A DNA stretch of 64,000 nt from Corallochytrium limacisporum Hawaii (Eukaryota; Protista; Pluriformea), in the NCBI GenBank assembly GCA_002811645.1, contig PDIP01000122.1, forward strand, positions 118,060-182,059, read 5' to 3'. A program made the position numbers and the translations under genes. The notes beneath the pieces were generated by a model, which was not told the origin of the DNA, searched no databases, and saw only the letters and a list, made by a program, of their open reading frames with translations. Below, piece by piece: positions 41,701 to 50,864 of the stretch (position 1 is its first letter; every line of letters begins with the position of its first letter).

Positions 41701-44700
41701 GGTTGTATCGCACTGCCAGAGTATTCCTATCCCCCATTGGTCGGTCTCCCCCCCTGCGAGAGTCGCTTTGTGATAAAGCCGAATGCGGACCTCGAACGGC
41801 ACCAGAAGTGCAATATTCGTGTTTCTTTAGTGAGTGAGCTGGAGCCGTTCCTGAGCTTCACCTTGCATCCACAAGACTCAAACGATCCGGTTTCAGAGGT
41901 TTTGCTCGAGAATGGTGAGCAGCTTGGACTGCGGGCTCTGTTAAGATCGCGAGAGGACAACTTGATTCCTATCGACCTTCTTGCAAGTATGCTCGAAGAA
42001 GAAGATCAAGAACGCGGCATTCGAATCGCGGAGATCCATGTTGAGGTCCTCAGCGAAGGCAACACCGTGTCCGCGGCGCACGCCATCCCCGTCTACGCGT
42101 TGTTCGTGCGCTCAAAGAGCTTCAAGACGAAACTGCACCCAATTTTGAAAGGCAAGAGCGACGATGGTGTAGAGATGGTCACTCATCGAGTCACCGTGAC
42201 CAATCTGTGCAGTGTGCACGGCATTACCATCCGCACAGGCTTGATTGAAGAGAATCTCGACCGTAACAGCCGCGAGGTGATGCCGATAATGGGGGACTCT
42301 GCCATTGACAAGCCAGTACTAATCATGCAGCCGGGACAGGTAGCCGATGTCACCTTAAAGATTCCTGTCAAGGACATGGACGTTCTGGCAAACTGTGGAT
42401 TGCTGCTAAGTGACGAGTACACGGGCAGCCAAGACTTCCACAGTTTAGGCCATGACAATGTCAAAGTGATAACGTCCCGCCCTCCATCGCCAACTATGGA
42501 TAGCCAAGGCTTTAGTCTGAGAGATACTGGAGGTACCAAGATCACCCCTCGAAGCGGCAGAGACAGTGCCCAAAGAGGTGGAGGCACCAGCCTAGATTCC
42601 ACTGACGGGGCTTCCCTCGTGGCAAGCGGTCAGAATGTGCCTCCTGTGTCAGAGACGGGCGCGTCAAGAGTACCACTAATTCGCCTCCAGGGAGTGGGCT
42701 GCAAGGTACTCACCAGCACAGGGGAGAATAGGAAGAAAGTGCTGGTTCTACAAAGCCGGGAGCGCGCAGACACGCCACAACCTTGGAACAGGGCACTGAC
42801 TATTAGCAACGCTGTGAACGAGTCGGTTCGATTTTCGCTGCACTTGATGCCCAACGCGGTCGCAGAGTCGTGGCTGACAGTGAGAAAGGAAGACACCGTC
42901 GGAAGCCTGGGATCCAACCAGAGCAGGACGATCGACCTATCCATTGCGGCATCTAAACCAGGCATTTTCACCACACATCTACTGCTGTCCTGTGAGACAG
43001 AGAGTTTCAGCGGTCATGGACCGAAGACGCGGGAAGTTACGGTCATCCGCTTCCTGCACGAGACGTGGATGGAGGGCAGCGGCGACACTATGCCTGCGCG
43101 GCTGATTGCGTGGTCAACGCTGGCCAGTGGCAGTGACGGAGCAGGTCGGGTGGATCTGGAGGATCGAAAGAAGGGTTTTGTCACGTCCACGTCGACACCC
43201 ACGACTGACGAATATGATGTAATGGTCTACGGTTTGATCTGCGGCACCAACGATGATTCGCATTTCTTTACCATTGAGAATCCAAACGATTCAAAGGTCG
43301 AGTACCATCTTGCAGTTTTCACCAATGTACCAAACATGTGTCAGCTCAGTCTGAACGGACGGGACACTTTCCAGAGCCGGTCCTTCAGCTCCCACCCGCG
43401 ATCCCTACAGCGTGTCAGTCTGCACCTTTCGCCCACCGTGGAGGATCTGAAGAGCGCGGACTTCACCAATGGCGAGCTCACTGGTGCAGGACAGGTCGTC
43501 GTACCGACCTTTACCGTGGGCCGTGGCAATCCCAAGCTCGTACATATCGAAGTTCGCCTGAGTAGTCGGCTGGTGAGCGACATGATCCAGTCTCTTCATA
43601 TCCGTGCTACAGTCTGGCAGCCAGAATTTCGTGTGGTGCGCAAAATGGCAACGCTAGTCGCTGAGAAAGGCGCATATTTCATGATCGACGTCACTCGTCG
43701 GCAGCGGTGGGAAACGTCAGCCACCGATCCGATCACTAGCTCCCTTACCGCAATAGCTGACGAAAACGACTCCTCAGCTCCGAGCAGCTCAAATTTCACC
43801 AATCCTCCCTATCGCGCTACTGGCGAGGATGTGACTCTAGTGCTCTGGAGCGGCTGCGAATTTCTAGAGTTCCCGAACGGCCGGATTGTCACGCTTCCGC
43901 ACATCCACGAACCAGTGGATAGCACTGAGAGTCGCAGTGACAGTCCCCAGGGTGTCCATTCCATAGCTGTACACCTACGTGAAAATCCGTGGGACAGTAT
44001 CAGTGGCAACATCATGGAGACGAGTCTTACGGTTCCCATCTTCGTATACAATCGACACAATCTTTGGGAATACTATATTGTGGTCGTAACCATTAATCGG
44101 CCATCCGATTCGGGAATGGAGGGGAACGTCGATAAAGGCCCTACTGTCAGGGAGGGTATGTCACCACCGCAGGACAAGGGTGCCGTCGTCTGCAATATGT
44201 CTAACTGTGTCGTGGTGTACGTCAGAGACCTGGTCGAAAGCTACGTTCCGCAGTTTTATCTCGACATTTTGCCAATCCTGGTCCGGATCAATACAGTTAG
44301 CAACGGTGGAGGAGCGGATGGAGAGAGTGCCTTGAGCCCACGTACGGAGCAACAACCACCTCCGACAGCGAACACTTTGAATTCAAGCATTGTCAGTGGC
44401 ACAGACGCAAGTGCAGTGAGTGCCGCGGTCACCACTAAGGCCTCCGCGGCGAAGACCGACACAACTGGCACTTCCATCGCGACCTTCGTTGGTAGTGATT
44501 TCCAAACGTTGCAGGACCATTTGGTACGCTTCATTACTCTTGTCGACGCGCTGCGTCTGCTTGCCATGGATCCAATGACCGAAGCGGCGGCTCTGGATAC
44601 GGCTAATCTACTATTCGCGACGGTCCTGACTTCAGAGCCGTTCCTGACGTTCCGCAGGGGCCAGCAGGTGCAGCAGAGTGCCCCCACCGCTGCCGTCCAA

Positions 44701-45057
44701 AAACCATCTCCGCCTACCGTCCTACCGCAAGTCACTGCGCTTGCGTCGGAATCTGCAGCTGTTCTAGCCGGCTCGGGCTCCGGTAGCTATGGCAGTGGAC
44801 AGGTGGGCCACATTCTAGCTCAATTTGTGAATCGCATTGACCACTTCCTAGCCATATTGCCCGCGAAACATCCCATCAGCCGCCGGATCCTGAGTCTGTG
44901 GCAGGACGACGAAGAGAACGGCAATGACCACAACGACCACCAGTCTGAAGCATTGGATAACGTAAAGGATGGCATACCTGTCATTGCAGGAGACGGGGCA
45001 AACGGAAAGGTCGGCAGTGTGCCAGTCAACAATAGCAGTACCATATTGGATCCCTAA
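35755..45057 (+). CDS. Giant (3100 aa) protein of tandem Ig-like/ASH (PapD-like) beta-sandwich repeats
   Basis: Repeated [LI][DNS]FG...N.S/T motifs (LNFGDC, VHLGDL, LSFGRV, INFGSM, LDFGTL, LDYGAV, VDLGSI). Single uninterrupted 9.3-kb ORF. Confidence 0.85.
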   Translation: MPGTPLEMACFEKPTWSLSETDEFLVELGSDNGASVVRTVKVFNPNAFDVRVILTSTFRAHGLTIQFDNENLQTDLDAIEEGSQINELFNLVNNTDSFLLTPFETRRLVLCFNPRAIASADDRDRAKSDRMTTATGHPISLESDEVFYHVREIKGQLRVTYELAEDGNGPADNGQKPSSKKMDTAFSIRCTMCRCVLAIDSSNVDLVFDPAFAGKTYVKDIQLYNRSEMVVPFSINLNGLLTAAFTMQLTDYDNGMPLSRGKLAPFGMRRLRFSFCPKRSGQFFGKINIENEVDASNIEHINFRAVVHQQGRNDMISVKEASVLNFGDCYTGVASDQKITLQNNTRLPVDVSFKSLGVKGLDFLLPIEESNPTTRDTLGGEEHAHAMDPRVSNAGAGAGGSEKVYSVTIAPLQEREIIVRFRPVEGDTPENARTIKKRLMRFRVELNSTSTATVGMTERRTLQCRAQVCTSMVELSHSEVHLGDLNIGTIYTHVVDVANLSELPTKVEVLLRSKVVNCPKEVLYLGPLEKVSVRLQICPRRVNPDYRKEVIFANMFNRSNDQVLDLRSNNVDEKGVSLHSLFYNLVTPSARSYLSFGRVVSGFPSIRSFTLRNVTKSTLELRLTTDEDSSMKLFVLQERNAELLEIPSAASVLPPESPLLTAAKRSASHAEYLDLAQDGPTPLSLDTVTQRLDQSATKGLRPPRKDGEKNGEDDSFGSPAKVMPPAPIDEAKKLKDTLRGSFEISNLLKTKDDDTTLHSDKQRAMLEKVEGFSRNFNTLLATNALMPVDRVSIPSQSSCEIVAVYVGNSHAVASQSRSVARHDEERIHIEVTQYDAGLLKSEKLQGITGLASLTTIGSLPVRDLVVKLNICKSAIDIRQKNINFGSMSREDKRNKVLLIYNPTDVPLFYNIMKSGKIFSDDLHIGHHQKGIVAPYSSRKVEFLFKPTLPGRFEDVLLVQNLMNPNSIETVHLKAVIWKPPNFFIDHLLLDFGTLSFPESVFGSDGHPIKATRVLRIANISQKPRTFVVEFSQVAGTPGLPFSITLTQKETEVMTLTKEGEEEIEKLEQKLKIAKRKGQKEKAEKIEATLQKLKEGYQQGPIDNGTAEESVQDVSISMKNEQGEREKTMKQTEHRVVFTLQPRIVQVVEVEIQIVHVRRPSKTTPSRITSLGEYDEIASSIHVYEMRNYDAAKAVKCRFHLHHPFVSSTLSAATLRPSSAKRGHHNKASADVEAPNMSPLQRGSYRSSRSRKRQSDQQQSVAAQELYAISNISLKPVALSLGVIKAFEPVEQVVEFLNAGDMLQKFQYDGIEEREVADLVIATMTPAVVQIDGKSKAKATLRITAKREGPQDVKLTFRRDDGQRIMLPLQFTAESSRWVVIGKTDTATNLDTLDYGAVPLLMPNFESKPLGIVIRNNYSRDLVVRLGTNLSKQAAFFADARCEKQCTMYTIPCECCIKVFLRLSGGRTSGDGQMLFTEGRELVGGLRVELWALENSGDDPVQLVQSRNAIGEQSVKFKATIGVTVLSVRQHFLALGETQSLDTVFNGQITLANGSRHMPVNYIIEGPRELTTSTKAGQIVPGGTERVDLTIESYRNGLWEKDIVVRNAIDSANTEKVTARFFVDTGAVQTVVWEGDSVANVLSFRGIYLAERHPIPFPAAHNDSAVEEAIEPGIKDPITMGHPDSVGGNMYVANPEAATSSDAKIEVVNLTAEKMSYRIWANLSVSLAGYFGAEEEAKTFSILHSGVSDTERYSPCTDTFALEPRSSLRLAVRSVFPNLSESALMVIMGGKIQMDRGAIIIEALEGTGTFYTTGEPDLQYRNVVGITDLNLSYSISLAHMATEYVDLGSIATAQHDVTCTFDFEIANDGELPLVYTLSSGSDDTVSLRADVDQQSTSMAMHSWLGESPDASIAGGEPLTMFKVPPNRLQVVCGQVVIPRDLSIGHHCVFLRLHDLNNPASRLELPIHFERIKFGADFQGLDKEGCIALPEYSYPPLVGLPPCESRFVIKPNADLERHQKCNIRVSLVSELEPFLSFTLHPQDSNDPVSEVLLENGEQLGLRALLRSREDNLIPIDLLASMLEEEDQERGIRIAEIHVEVLSEGNTVSAAHAIPVYALFVRSKSFKTKLHPILKGKSDDGVEMVTHRVTVTNLCSVHGITIRTGLIEENLDRNSREVMPIMGDSAIDKPVLIMQPGQVADVTLKIPVKDMDVLANCGLLLSDEYTGSQDFHSLGHDNVKVITSRPPSPTMDSQGFSLRDTGGTKITPRSGRDSAQRGGGTSLDSTDGASLVASGQNVPPVSETGASRVPLIRLQGVGCKVLTSTGENRKKVLVLQSRERADTPQPWNRALTISNAVNESVRFSLHLMPNAVAESWLTVRKEDTVGSLGSNQSRTIDLSIAASKPGIFTTHLLLSCETESFSGHGPKTREVTVIRFLHETWMEGSGDTMPARLIAWSTLASGSDGAGRVDLEDRKKGFVTSTSTPTTDEYDVMVYGLICGTNDDSHFFTIENPNDSKVEYHLAVFTNVPNMCQLSLNGRDTFQSRSFSSHPRSLQRVSLHLSPTVEDLKSADFTNGELTGAGQVVVPTFTVGRGNPKLVHIEVRLSSRLVSDMIQSLHIRATVWQPEFRVVRKMATLVAEKGAYFMIDVTRRQRWETSATDPITSSLTAIADENDSSAPSSSNFTNPPYRATGEDVTLVLWSGCEFLEFPNGRIVTLPHIHEPVDSTESRSDSPQGVHSIAVHLRENPWDSISGNIMETSLTVPIFVYNRHNLWEYYIVVVTINRPSDSGMEGNVDKGPTVREGMSPPQDKGAVVCNMSNCVVVYVRDLVESYVPQFYLDILPILVRINTVSNGGGADGESALSPRTEQQPPPTANTLNSSIVSGTDASAVSAAVTTKASAAKTDTTGTSIATFVGSDFQTLQDHLVRFITLVDALRLLAMDPMTEAAALDTANLLFATVLTSEPFLTFRRGQQVQQSAPTAAVQKPSPPTVLPQVTALASESAAVLAGSGSGSYGSGQVGHILAQFVNRIDHFLAILPAKHPISRRILSLWQDDEENGNDHNDHQSEALDNVKDGIPVIAGDGANGKVGSVPVNNSSTILDP

Positions 45058-45133
45058 GATGCACAAGGTTGCTTAGGATTCAAATACAAGATTTATATAT
45101 TTCACTGCGTGTGTAACACTCTTTGACTTTGAT

Positions 45134-45829
45134 TCAGGCCTCACCCGCAGCCAACTTGCGCATATGATCGTGGCCGCGGATGATGTCCTCTTCATCACCG
45201 GATGCTGGTTTCAGCGCTCGCTTTACCATACCTCGTGCTACGTCCTGGACTCGAATGCTGGGCAAAATAAAGCTCGGCATCATCAAGCCAATCTTTTCAA
45301 CGCCTCGTGCTTCTTTGCCACGGTCCAGGAGACCCGGCTGCCATATGTGCAGCCGGGAGAATCCGAGTGCCTTAACCATTTCTTCAGTCTCTCCCTTAGT
45401 CTTGGGGTAGAGCAGCCAGGAGTTCTTGTTGGCGTTGAAGGCAGAGACCATAGCCAGAAGTGGGACCTCGCACTCTTTCGCCAAGCGCATAAAATTCATG
45501 GGCCATTCCTGGTCGATCTTGCGGAACTGGTCAGCACCTCCAGCGTCCTTACGCGTGGTGCCCATGCAATTGAAAGCCGCGCTGGCACCGTCGATCGTGT
45601 CCTTGTGCTCCGCGAGGTTTTCGAAATCAACACCGATGATCTGCTCCAGGCGGCCGCTCGCTTCTTCTTTACCATAGTCCAAGTCGGCACCGTCGAAGTC
45701 TTCCGGGGGGTTTTCGAACTTGCGACGACCTAGCGTCACGATTTTCTTCACACTGGGCTCTGCCAACAGTTCAGCCACGACGTACTTGCCAATAGCTCCT
45801 GTGGCTCCGATGACAACTGCCTTTTCCAT
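45134..45829 (-). CDS. HTATIP2: TIP30/CC3-like atypical SDR oxidoreductase (Fmp52-like)
   Basis: VIGATGAIG Rossmann motif, CMGTTRKDAG...F.KID, LYPKTKGETE, QPGLL. Confidence 0.88.
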   Translation of the reverse strand: MEKAVVIGATGAIGKYVVAELLAEPSVKKIVTLGRRKFENPPEDFDGADLDYGKEEASGRLEQIIGVDFENLAEHKDTIDGASAAFNCMGTTRKDAGGADQFRKIDQEWPMNFMRLAKECEVPLLAMVSAFNANKNSWLLYPKTKGETEEMVKALGFSRLHIWQPGLLDRGKEARGVEKIGLMMPSFILPSIRVQDVARGMVKRALKPASGDEEDIIRGHDHMRKLAAGEA

Positions 45830-46102
45830 TGCGTTTGACGACCGTTACAGAGTATATGACAATGGAATACTGGCACCGCACAATCCATAGGCTTCGGGGG
45901 TTCTGAAAAATCACTGCAGCTATCATTTAGTTTCAAGTAGTTGCAGGTCGGGCCTGTATACCCAAGGAATTGCCATGTCATCCATCACATGATCCGGTCT
46001 CCTGTGCGTGCAGAGTGTATAATGTACTCAAGATGATACTGGCCTGGAAAGTGAAGAATAGGAGTGCGTACGTGTGCATGTACGCGAAGCACGAATTCCT
46101 TA

Positions 46103-46127
46103 CCCCCGCCCCCCCGGGGGGGGGGGG
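46103..46127. promoter_or_regulatory. Candidate (bidirectional) promoter C-tract/G-tract element
   Basis: C5-G-C7-G12, about 280 bp upstream of the HTATIP2 ATG. Confidence 0.4.
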
Positions 46128-46414
46128 AAGTGTCGTGCGCTTCGGATCACCGCCGTAACTTTGGGGAAGGAGTGACGCAAACGCTGACCGGAACCTACGC
46201 GAGTGCTTTCCAGATCACGCCGAATAAGGAAATCAATGGAAGTGCACATGAGCACTGAATGATAGCAACAGCACGCAAAGTACTATTTGAAATGCGTGTT
46301 TATCATGATCGGATTCTGTACATGCTATTTCGGATAGAATGGAAGGCGGAAGATTGTGGATGTCCAACTCCAGCTTGTGGGTCAAAGACGTTGGGACTGC
46401 TGACACGACGAAAG

Positions 46415-46591
46415 ATGGACGTGGATTTCAACGCACAAAAAGGGGCCAAAACGGCTAAGTCTTACGACAGGGGTCTGAAGACCTTGCAGGAAGTGCAACG
46501 GGCCCTCACGGCACCAATCTGTAAAGAAGATGAGGAAAGGGTCGGCGGAAGTCACGACGATGGATCCCAAAAACGCCGGAGAAACGACTGA
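46415..46591 (+). CDS. Possible 58-aa microprotein
   Basis: aagATGg start context about 300 bp downstream of the C/G tract at 46103-46127, divergent from HTATIP2. No homology recognised. Confidence 0.25.
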   Translation: MDVDFNAQKGAKTAKSYDRGLKTLQEVQRALTAPICKEDEERVGGSHDDGSQKRRRND

Positions 46592-47040
46592 TTTCTGTTG
46601 GAGAATTGAATAGTATGCTTACTGTTCATTGCGGCTTTCTGTTGCTCACTGTGCAGTACCTCACTGCGTACCTTGAGACTTCTGTACCTTTGCAGAAGAT
46701 GTTTTGGTGCCTTATCGTAACCAATTTCGTTCAGCTGACTTTGGAGGTGGGACTTCTGGCTCAGGACGGTGCTTAGTTTCATGGACGCGATGTCATCATT
46801 TAGCGATTCGATTGCGAAGTCGCGATCCAGTATGTTGCTGCTCTGTGTCTGCTGTTCAGCGATACCTGCCGTTTTGCTGTGGCGAACCGTTGTGTATTGC
46901 GCAACATTATCGGACAGCGGCGACTGAGATGACGGTGACGCTGGCAGCAGCAGATCCGCAACGAAGAGGGCGCTGCTGCAGATAAAGGGGGGTACAAGGC
47001 CATTGCCTTCGGCGATGCCTCCCACGAAGCTGTAGACCAT
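46552..47040 (-). CDS. Hypothetical 162-aa protein with helical C-terminal half
   Basis: ATG-initiated ORF not shadowing a larger gene. QKSHLQSQL...LLQRYRSLK resembles FAM13-type helical-bundle motifs (weak). Confidence 0.4.
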   Translation of the reverse strand: MVYSFVGGIAEGNGLVPPFICSSALFVADLLLPASPSSQSPLSDNVAQYTTVRHSKTAGIAEQQTQSSNILDRDFAIESLNDDIASMKLSTVLSQKSHLQSQLNEIGYDKAPKHLLQRYRSLKVRSEVLHSEQQKAAMNSKHTIQFSNRNQSFLRRFWDPSS

Positions 47041-47288
47041 ACCCTCTGCGGAGCCGATGAGATGGCTGTGAATGCGGAGGTTGAGGCCTTACATTCTCGG
47101 GTGCAGCGGCTGGCGCTGGAGTCTGTGATCCTGAATGATGATTGGATCTGACCAGACTCTGTGGCTTGGATTCTGGAAGGCAGTGGTGTTTAGTATCGGA
47201 CTACCAGAGTTTATCAGATTTTGGAGTTTTAAAATTCAAATTTAGAAGTATGACAAATGCGTTCCTAGTTTTCACGTTTTGAGCAACT

Positions 47289-50200
47289 TCAATCCGTCGC
47301 TGCCAGACTCTCCAAAGGCACAATGACTGGCTCCGACGTACCGTCGAGCATCACAATGCCTTCCTTGCCCGAAGTCGTGTTCAATTTACCACGCTGTCCG
47401 GCAAAGCGGCCCTTGAGCAGGACACAAGCTTCGCCAGCCTTGGGTGGCACCGCTGCCAAATGGTCCTCGGATATTTCGCCGACGCCGCCGTCAACAACCC
47501 ATCGGCCACCGCCGCTGCCTTCGCCCACGATCCGTCGGCCGTCATCGCCGTCGACGCGAACTTTAGCACCGGGAACGAAGGCCAGCAACGACGCCGCACT
47601 GGTGGCCGTTTGACGAGGTGGAGCTGCCGGAGTCTGGGCGGAGAACGCGGGTCCTGGGCCGGGTGTCGGCGCCACGAAACTGCGGGCCGCGGCAGATGGT
47701 GCCGGGGTTGGTGCGGCCATGGACGCAGGCATGCCACCACCCGCTCTAAGTGGAGCACCGGGCGTCGGGGCTGCAAAATCGACTGGCGCTGGAGTCATGT
47801 CAGAACCAGCACGCAGCGGTGCTCCGGGTGTTGGTGCGGCCATTGACGACGGGCCAGGAGTGGGTGCAGCCATTGACGGACCACCGCCCGCAAAGGGCGT
47901 TGGTGCGGAGAAAGACGGAGGCGCCTTACCACGGCCGTCGTCGCGCGATCGGTCAACATCCATCGCGGAAGCCGCAGCTGGGGTGGGGGGTGCGACATTA
48001 GCCCCCGGTGTCATTGGCACGTACGGCGTTGGTGCACCGCGCTGCGAGGAGACAGCAGCCGGAGTGGGTGCAGACATGGACGATGGACCCGCCCCGTAGC
48101 CACCGGAACCGGCGGATGCGGCGGATGCGGCGGGTGCGGCCGGAGTGGGAGCAGACATGCGGTCACCAGGCAGAGCGAAGCCACCGCGGGCAGCACCGCC
48201 GGTGCGCTGTGCGTACGCGGCCTGGGGACCATACCGCGAGCCCACGCCAGGCGGAGGCTGGCGGTAGCCACCGCCCCCCTGGCCCCCAGCACCGTAGCCG
48301 CCACCTGCTGCGCCATAGCCACCGTAGGCCCCGCTTTGGCCCCCGGCCCCGTATCCTCCTGCATTGTAGCCACCACGAGCACCACCACCCATCGTTGCAT
48401 CGTTTAGTTTTACTCTCTTTCGATCAACAGTAATTGTCTTCGATTTCGCAGTCAATTCGACCCGGCAGGTGGCTTCATTGCTGTCCCTGACGGTACCAAT
48501 GTATCCTTTATAGGGACCACCAGTGATGATCACCTGCTTACCAATCATGCCCGGATCTCTACGCGGTGCAAAGCCACCTCGTCCTCCGGGGCCCATCCTA
48601 CCCTGAGCTCCCGGTGGTCCAAAGCCACGTGCTCCACCGTCCGCTCCGTTGCGTCGTGGTGATGTGCCGGCCATCCCTCCGACCGCACCCGGTGGAGGCA
48701 TGGCACCCATAGCTTCGACACCTGTGCCTCGTGTCGTGCCACTGACCTCAATATCACGATACCTCGCCACCATCATACCTGCGTTCTCGTGGTGCTGTCG
48801 CGTGTGAACAAAGATGTACTGTTGGTTAATATGCTTGACAACACCGCCCTTGCCAGTGTATCGACCACCAATAATCTTGACGGGCGTATCTATCTGGATC
48901 TTTTCGCCTCGTGGATCGCGTGCGAAAGCGTATCTGCTATTCTGCTTCATGCGCAGACCTTGCACCCGCACGGTGCGAATATTATCGTTCTGGTCGAGCA
49001 CCTGGAGGCTGTCTGATTCCAACTTGACCACTACACCGACCGTGTTTCGATCAATCTCTACCAGGTCGTGGATTTTGAAGGCACCGAGCTGGTCTTTACG
49101 CGTCTTGGCGTCCAGGGCTGCTAACTGACAGTCCTGAGTCAACACCTTGATTTCACGCTCCAGGGTATCCCCAAATACAGTCAGTGTGTTGCCTTCGTTT
49201 GTGAGTACTGAGCCAATCTCACCGGCGTGCTGACCCTTCACAATTCGTACACGATCACCAGCACGGAACCATTTCCGTAGCTGCGAGTCCTGGAACGAAA
49301 AAGCCCGGTCCTGGCCATCAATGGCCGGAGTTGGACGCACACGGATTTCCTCACCTTCCACCGACTCCACGACACCAATCAGGTTGGTCATCTCACCCTC
49401 TGTGACCTCCACAACGTCTCCAGCCGCGAACGGTGTTTTGCCACTGGAGTCTTTGTTCTTGCCAAGGTCGAGGTCGTCATCCTTGGACGCACCGGCACCA
49501 CGGGACGCAAGGGACATACGAAACTTGGCCAGTTCATCAATGGACGGCGTGATACCACCAATGTCGAGCGCAGTCATATTAAAGCCGCGGAACAAGAAGC
49601 CATCTTGGAAGCCATCTCCGTCGTAAATATCGAATCCGTCGTCGTCTCTGCCGACATCACCACCGAGACCCTTGATTTCATCAGGATTGAAGAGCTTCTG
49701 CGGAGGCCGCACCCGGCGATTCTTGCCTGCCTGGTTAGGGTTCATGCTCTTGGCAAAGCGACCTTTAATATTACCCATGTCAATGCGGGGAACCAACTTA
49801 ATAACAGCACGACCCGTCTGGTGGAAAACCTCTTCGACACGGCCCAAATCTCCCTTATAGACCCCGCGCTTGATGCGGACCCACGCCTTGGGTTTAAGCT
49901 GACTAGTTTTGGCCGGGGGCTCCATGACATCAGTCATTTCATTGATAGGCACCAGCACCTGCTTCCGTCCCATCAAATTGCTAATGCCGTCAACAGCATG
50001 GGCAACGTGTGTTTGTTTGTAGGCTTCAATATATACGTAACCTTTGCGGCTCTCAAAGGCCACCACAGAGGTGATGAGCACCGGATTGTCTGAGTTGCGC
50101 AGATCATGAGTCTTCCGCAGGAGCTGCAGGCAGACCTCACGCTCCCGTCCCGGTCTGCAACCCACACGCCATAGCTTTGGATCGGTGATACCCGGCTGAT

Positions 50201-50864
50201 TCTTCTGTCGACGAATATCCCTCGGTAGTTGTTCCAGGTCGGCCTCACGGTCTCTGCGTGAGTACTGCTGCTCCAACCGCTCTGCATATTCTTCTAGGTT
50301 CTCATCTGTCAGCATGGTGCCACGTTTCGTCCGCCGGTGCTCTGGTCCTAGTTCTCGATACTCACGATCGAGATCTTCACCACCCTCCTCAAAATCCTCC
50401 TCTTCATCATAAAATTCTTCTTCTTCATCGTCACTAGCCTCGCCAGCAGCCTCGTCAAAGAAACGGGAGACACCTGTCTTGCGGCGCTTCTTCTTCTTCT
50501 TCTTTTTGTCACTACCCCTGCGTTTTTCCGCTTTACCTTTCTTGGATGATGACGGTCTCGAGTCTTCGCCAGTAATGTCCTCCCCTTCATCTTCCTCGTC
50601 GTCGTCACCGGAAATTTCTTCGATTTCGTCGTCGTCATAGTCTTCTTCCGTTAACTCATCATCCTCGTCGTCTTCCTCGTCTTCGTCGTCTTCCTCGTCG
50701 TCGTCATCATCATCACCGTCATCACCGCCCTCGTCGTCATCGTCCCTGGGCCGTTTTTGGGCTGACGTGTCCTCCTGGTCTTCAGTCTTTGCCGTAGCAT
50801 CTTCCATCTCCGACCTTGCCACCGGGTTCTCACCCTCAGGCGGATTGTCTGGTGCATCCGCCAT
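47289..50864 (-). CDS. SPT5: Transcription elongation factor Spt5 (DSIF large subunit)
   Basis: Acidic N-terminus, NGN domain (DPKLWRV.C..G.ERE, KGYVYIEA), WVRIKRGVYKGDL, multiple KOW motifs, TP-rich CTR, terminal KOW. Confidence 0.97.
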   Translation of the reverse strand: MADAPDNPPEGENPVARSEMEDATAKTEDQEDTSAQKRPRDDDDEGGDDGDDDDDDEEDDEDEEDDEDDELTEEDYDDDEIEEISGDDDEEDEGEDITGEDSRPSSSKKGKAEKRRGSDKKKKKKKRRKTGVSRFFDEAAGEASDDEEEEFYDEEEDFEEGGEDLDREYRELGPEHRRTKRGTMLTDENLEEYAERLEQQYSRRDREADLEQLPRDIRRQKNQPGITDPKLWRVGCRPGREREVCLQLLRKTHDLRNSDNPVLITSVVAFESRKGYVYIEAYKQTHVAHAVDGISNLMGRKQVLVPINEMTDVMEPPAKTSQLKPKAWVRIKRGVYKGDLGRVEEVFHQTGRAVIKLVPRIDMGNIKGRFAKSMNPNQAGKNRRVRPPQKLFNPDEIKGLGGDVGRDDDGFDIYDGDGFQDGFLFRGFNMTALDIGGITPSIDELAKFRMSLASRGAGASKDDDLDLGKNKDSSGKTPFAAGDVVEVTEGEMTNLIGVVESVEGEEIRVRPTPAIDGQDRAFSFQDSQLRKWFRAGDRVRIVKGQHAGEIGSVLTNEGNTLTVFGDTLEREIKVLTQDCQLAALDAKTRKDQLGAFKIHDLVEIDRNTVGVVVKLESDSLQVLDQNDNIRTVRVQGLRMKQNSRYAFARDPRGEKIQIDTPVKIIGGRYTGKGGVVKHINQQYIFVHTRQHHENAGMMVARYRDIEVSGTTRGTGVEAMGAMPPPGAVGGMAGTSPRRNGADGGARGFGPPGAQGRMGPGGRGGFAPRRDPGMIGKQVIITGGPYKGYIGTVRDSNEATCRVELTAKSKTITVDRKRVKLNDATMGGGARGGYNAGGYGAGGQSGAYGGYGAAGGGYGAGGQGGGGYRQPPPGVGSRYGPQAAYAQRTGGAARGGFALPGDRMSAPTPAAPAASAASAGSGGYGAGPSSMSAPTPAAVSSQRGAPTPYVPMTPGANVAPPTPAAASAMDVDRSRDDGRGKAPPSFSAPTPFAGGGPSMAAPTPGPSSMAAPTPGAPLRAGSDMTPAPVDFAAPTPGAPLRAGGGMPASMAAPTPAPSAAARSFVAPTPGPGPAFSAQTPAAPPRQTATSAASLLAFVPGAKVRVDGDDGRRIVGEGSGGGRWVVDGGVGEISEDHLAAVPPKAGEACVLLKGRFAGQRGKLNTTSGKEGIVMLDGTSEPVIVPLESLAATD
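47626..48158 (-). repeat. Spt5 C-terminal repeat region of (M/F)(S/A)APTP units
   Basis: About 13 Thr-Pro motifs, mostly APTP (MSAPTP, MAAPTPG, FAAPTPG, FVAPTPG), read from the translation. Confidence 0.8.
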
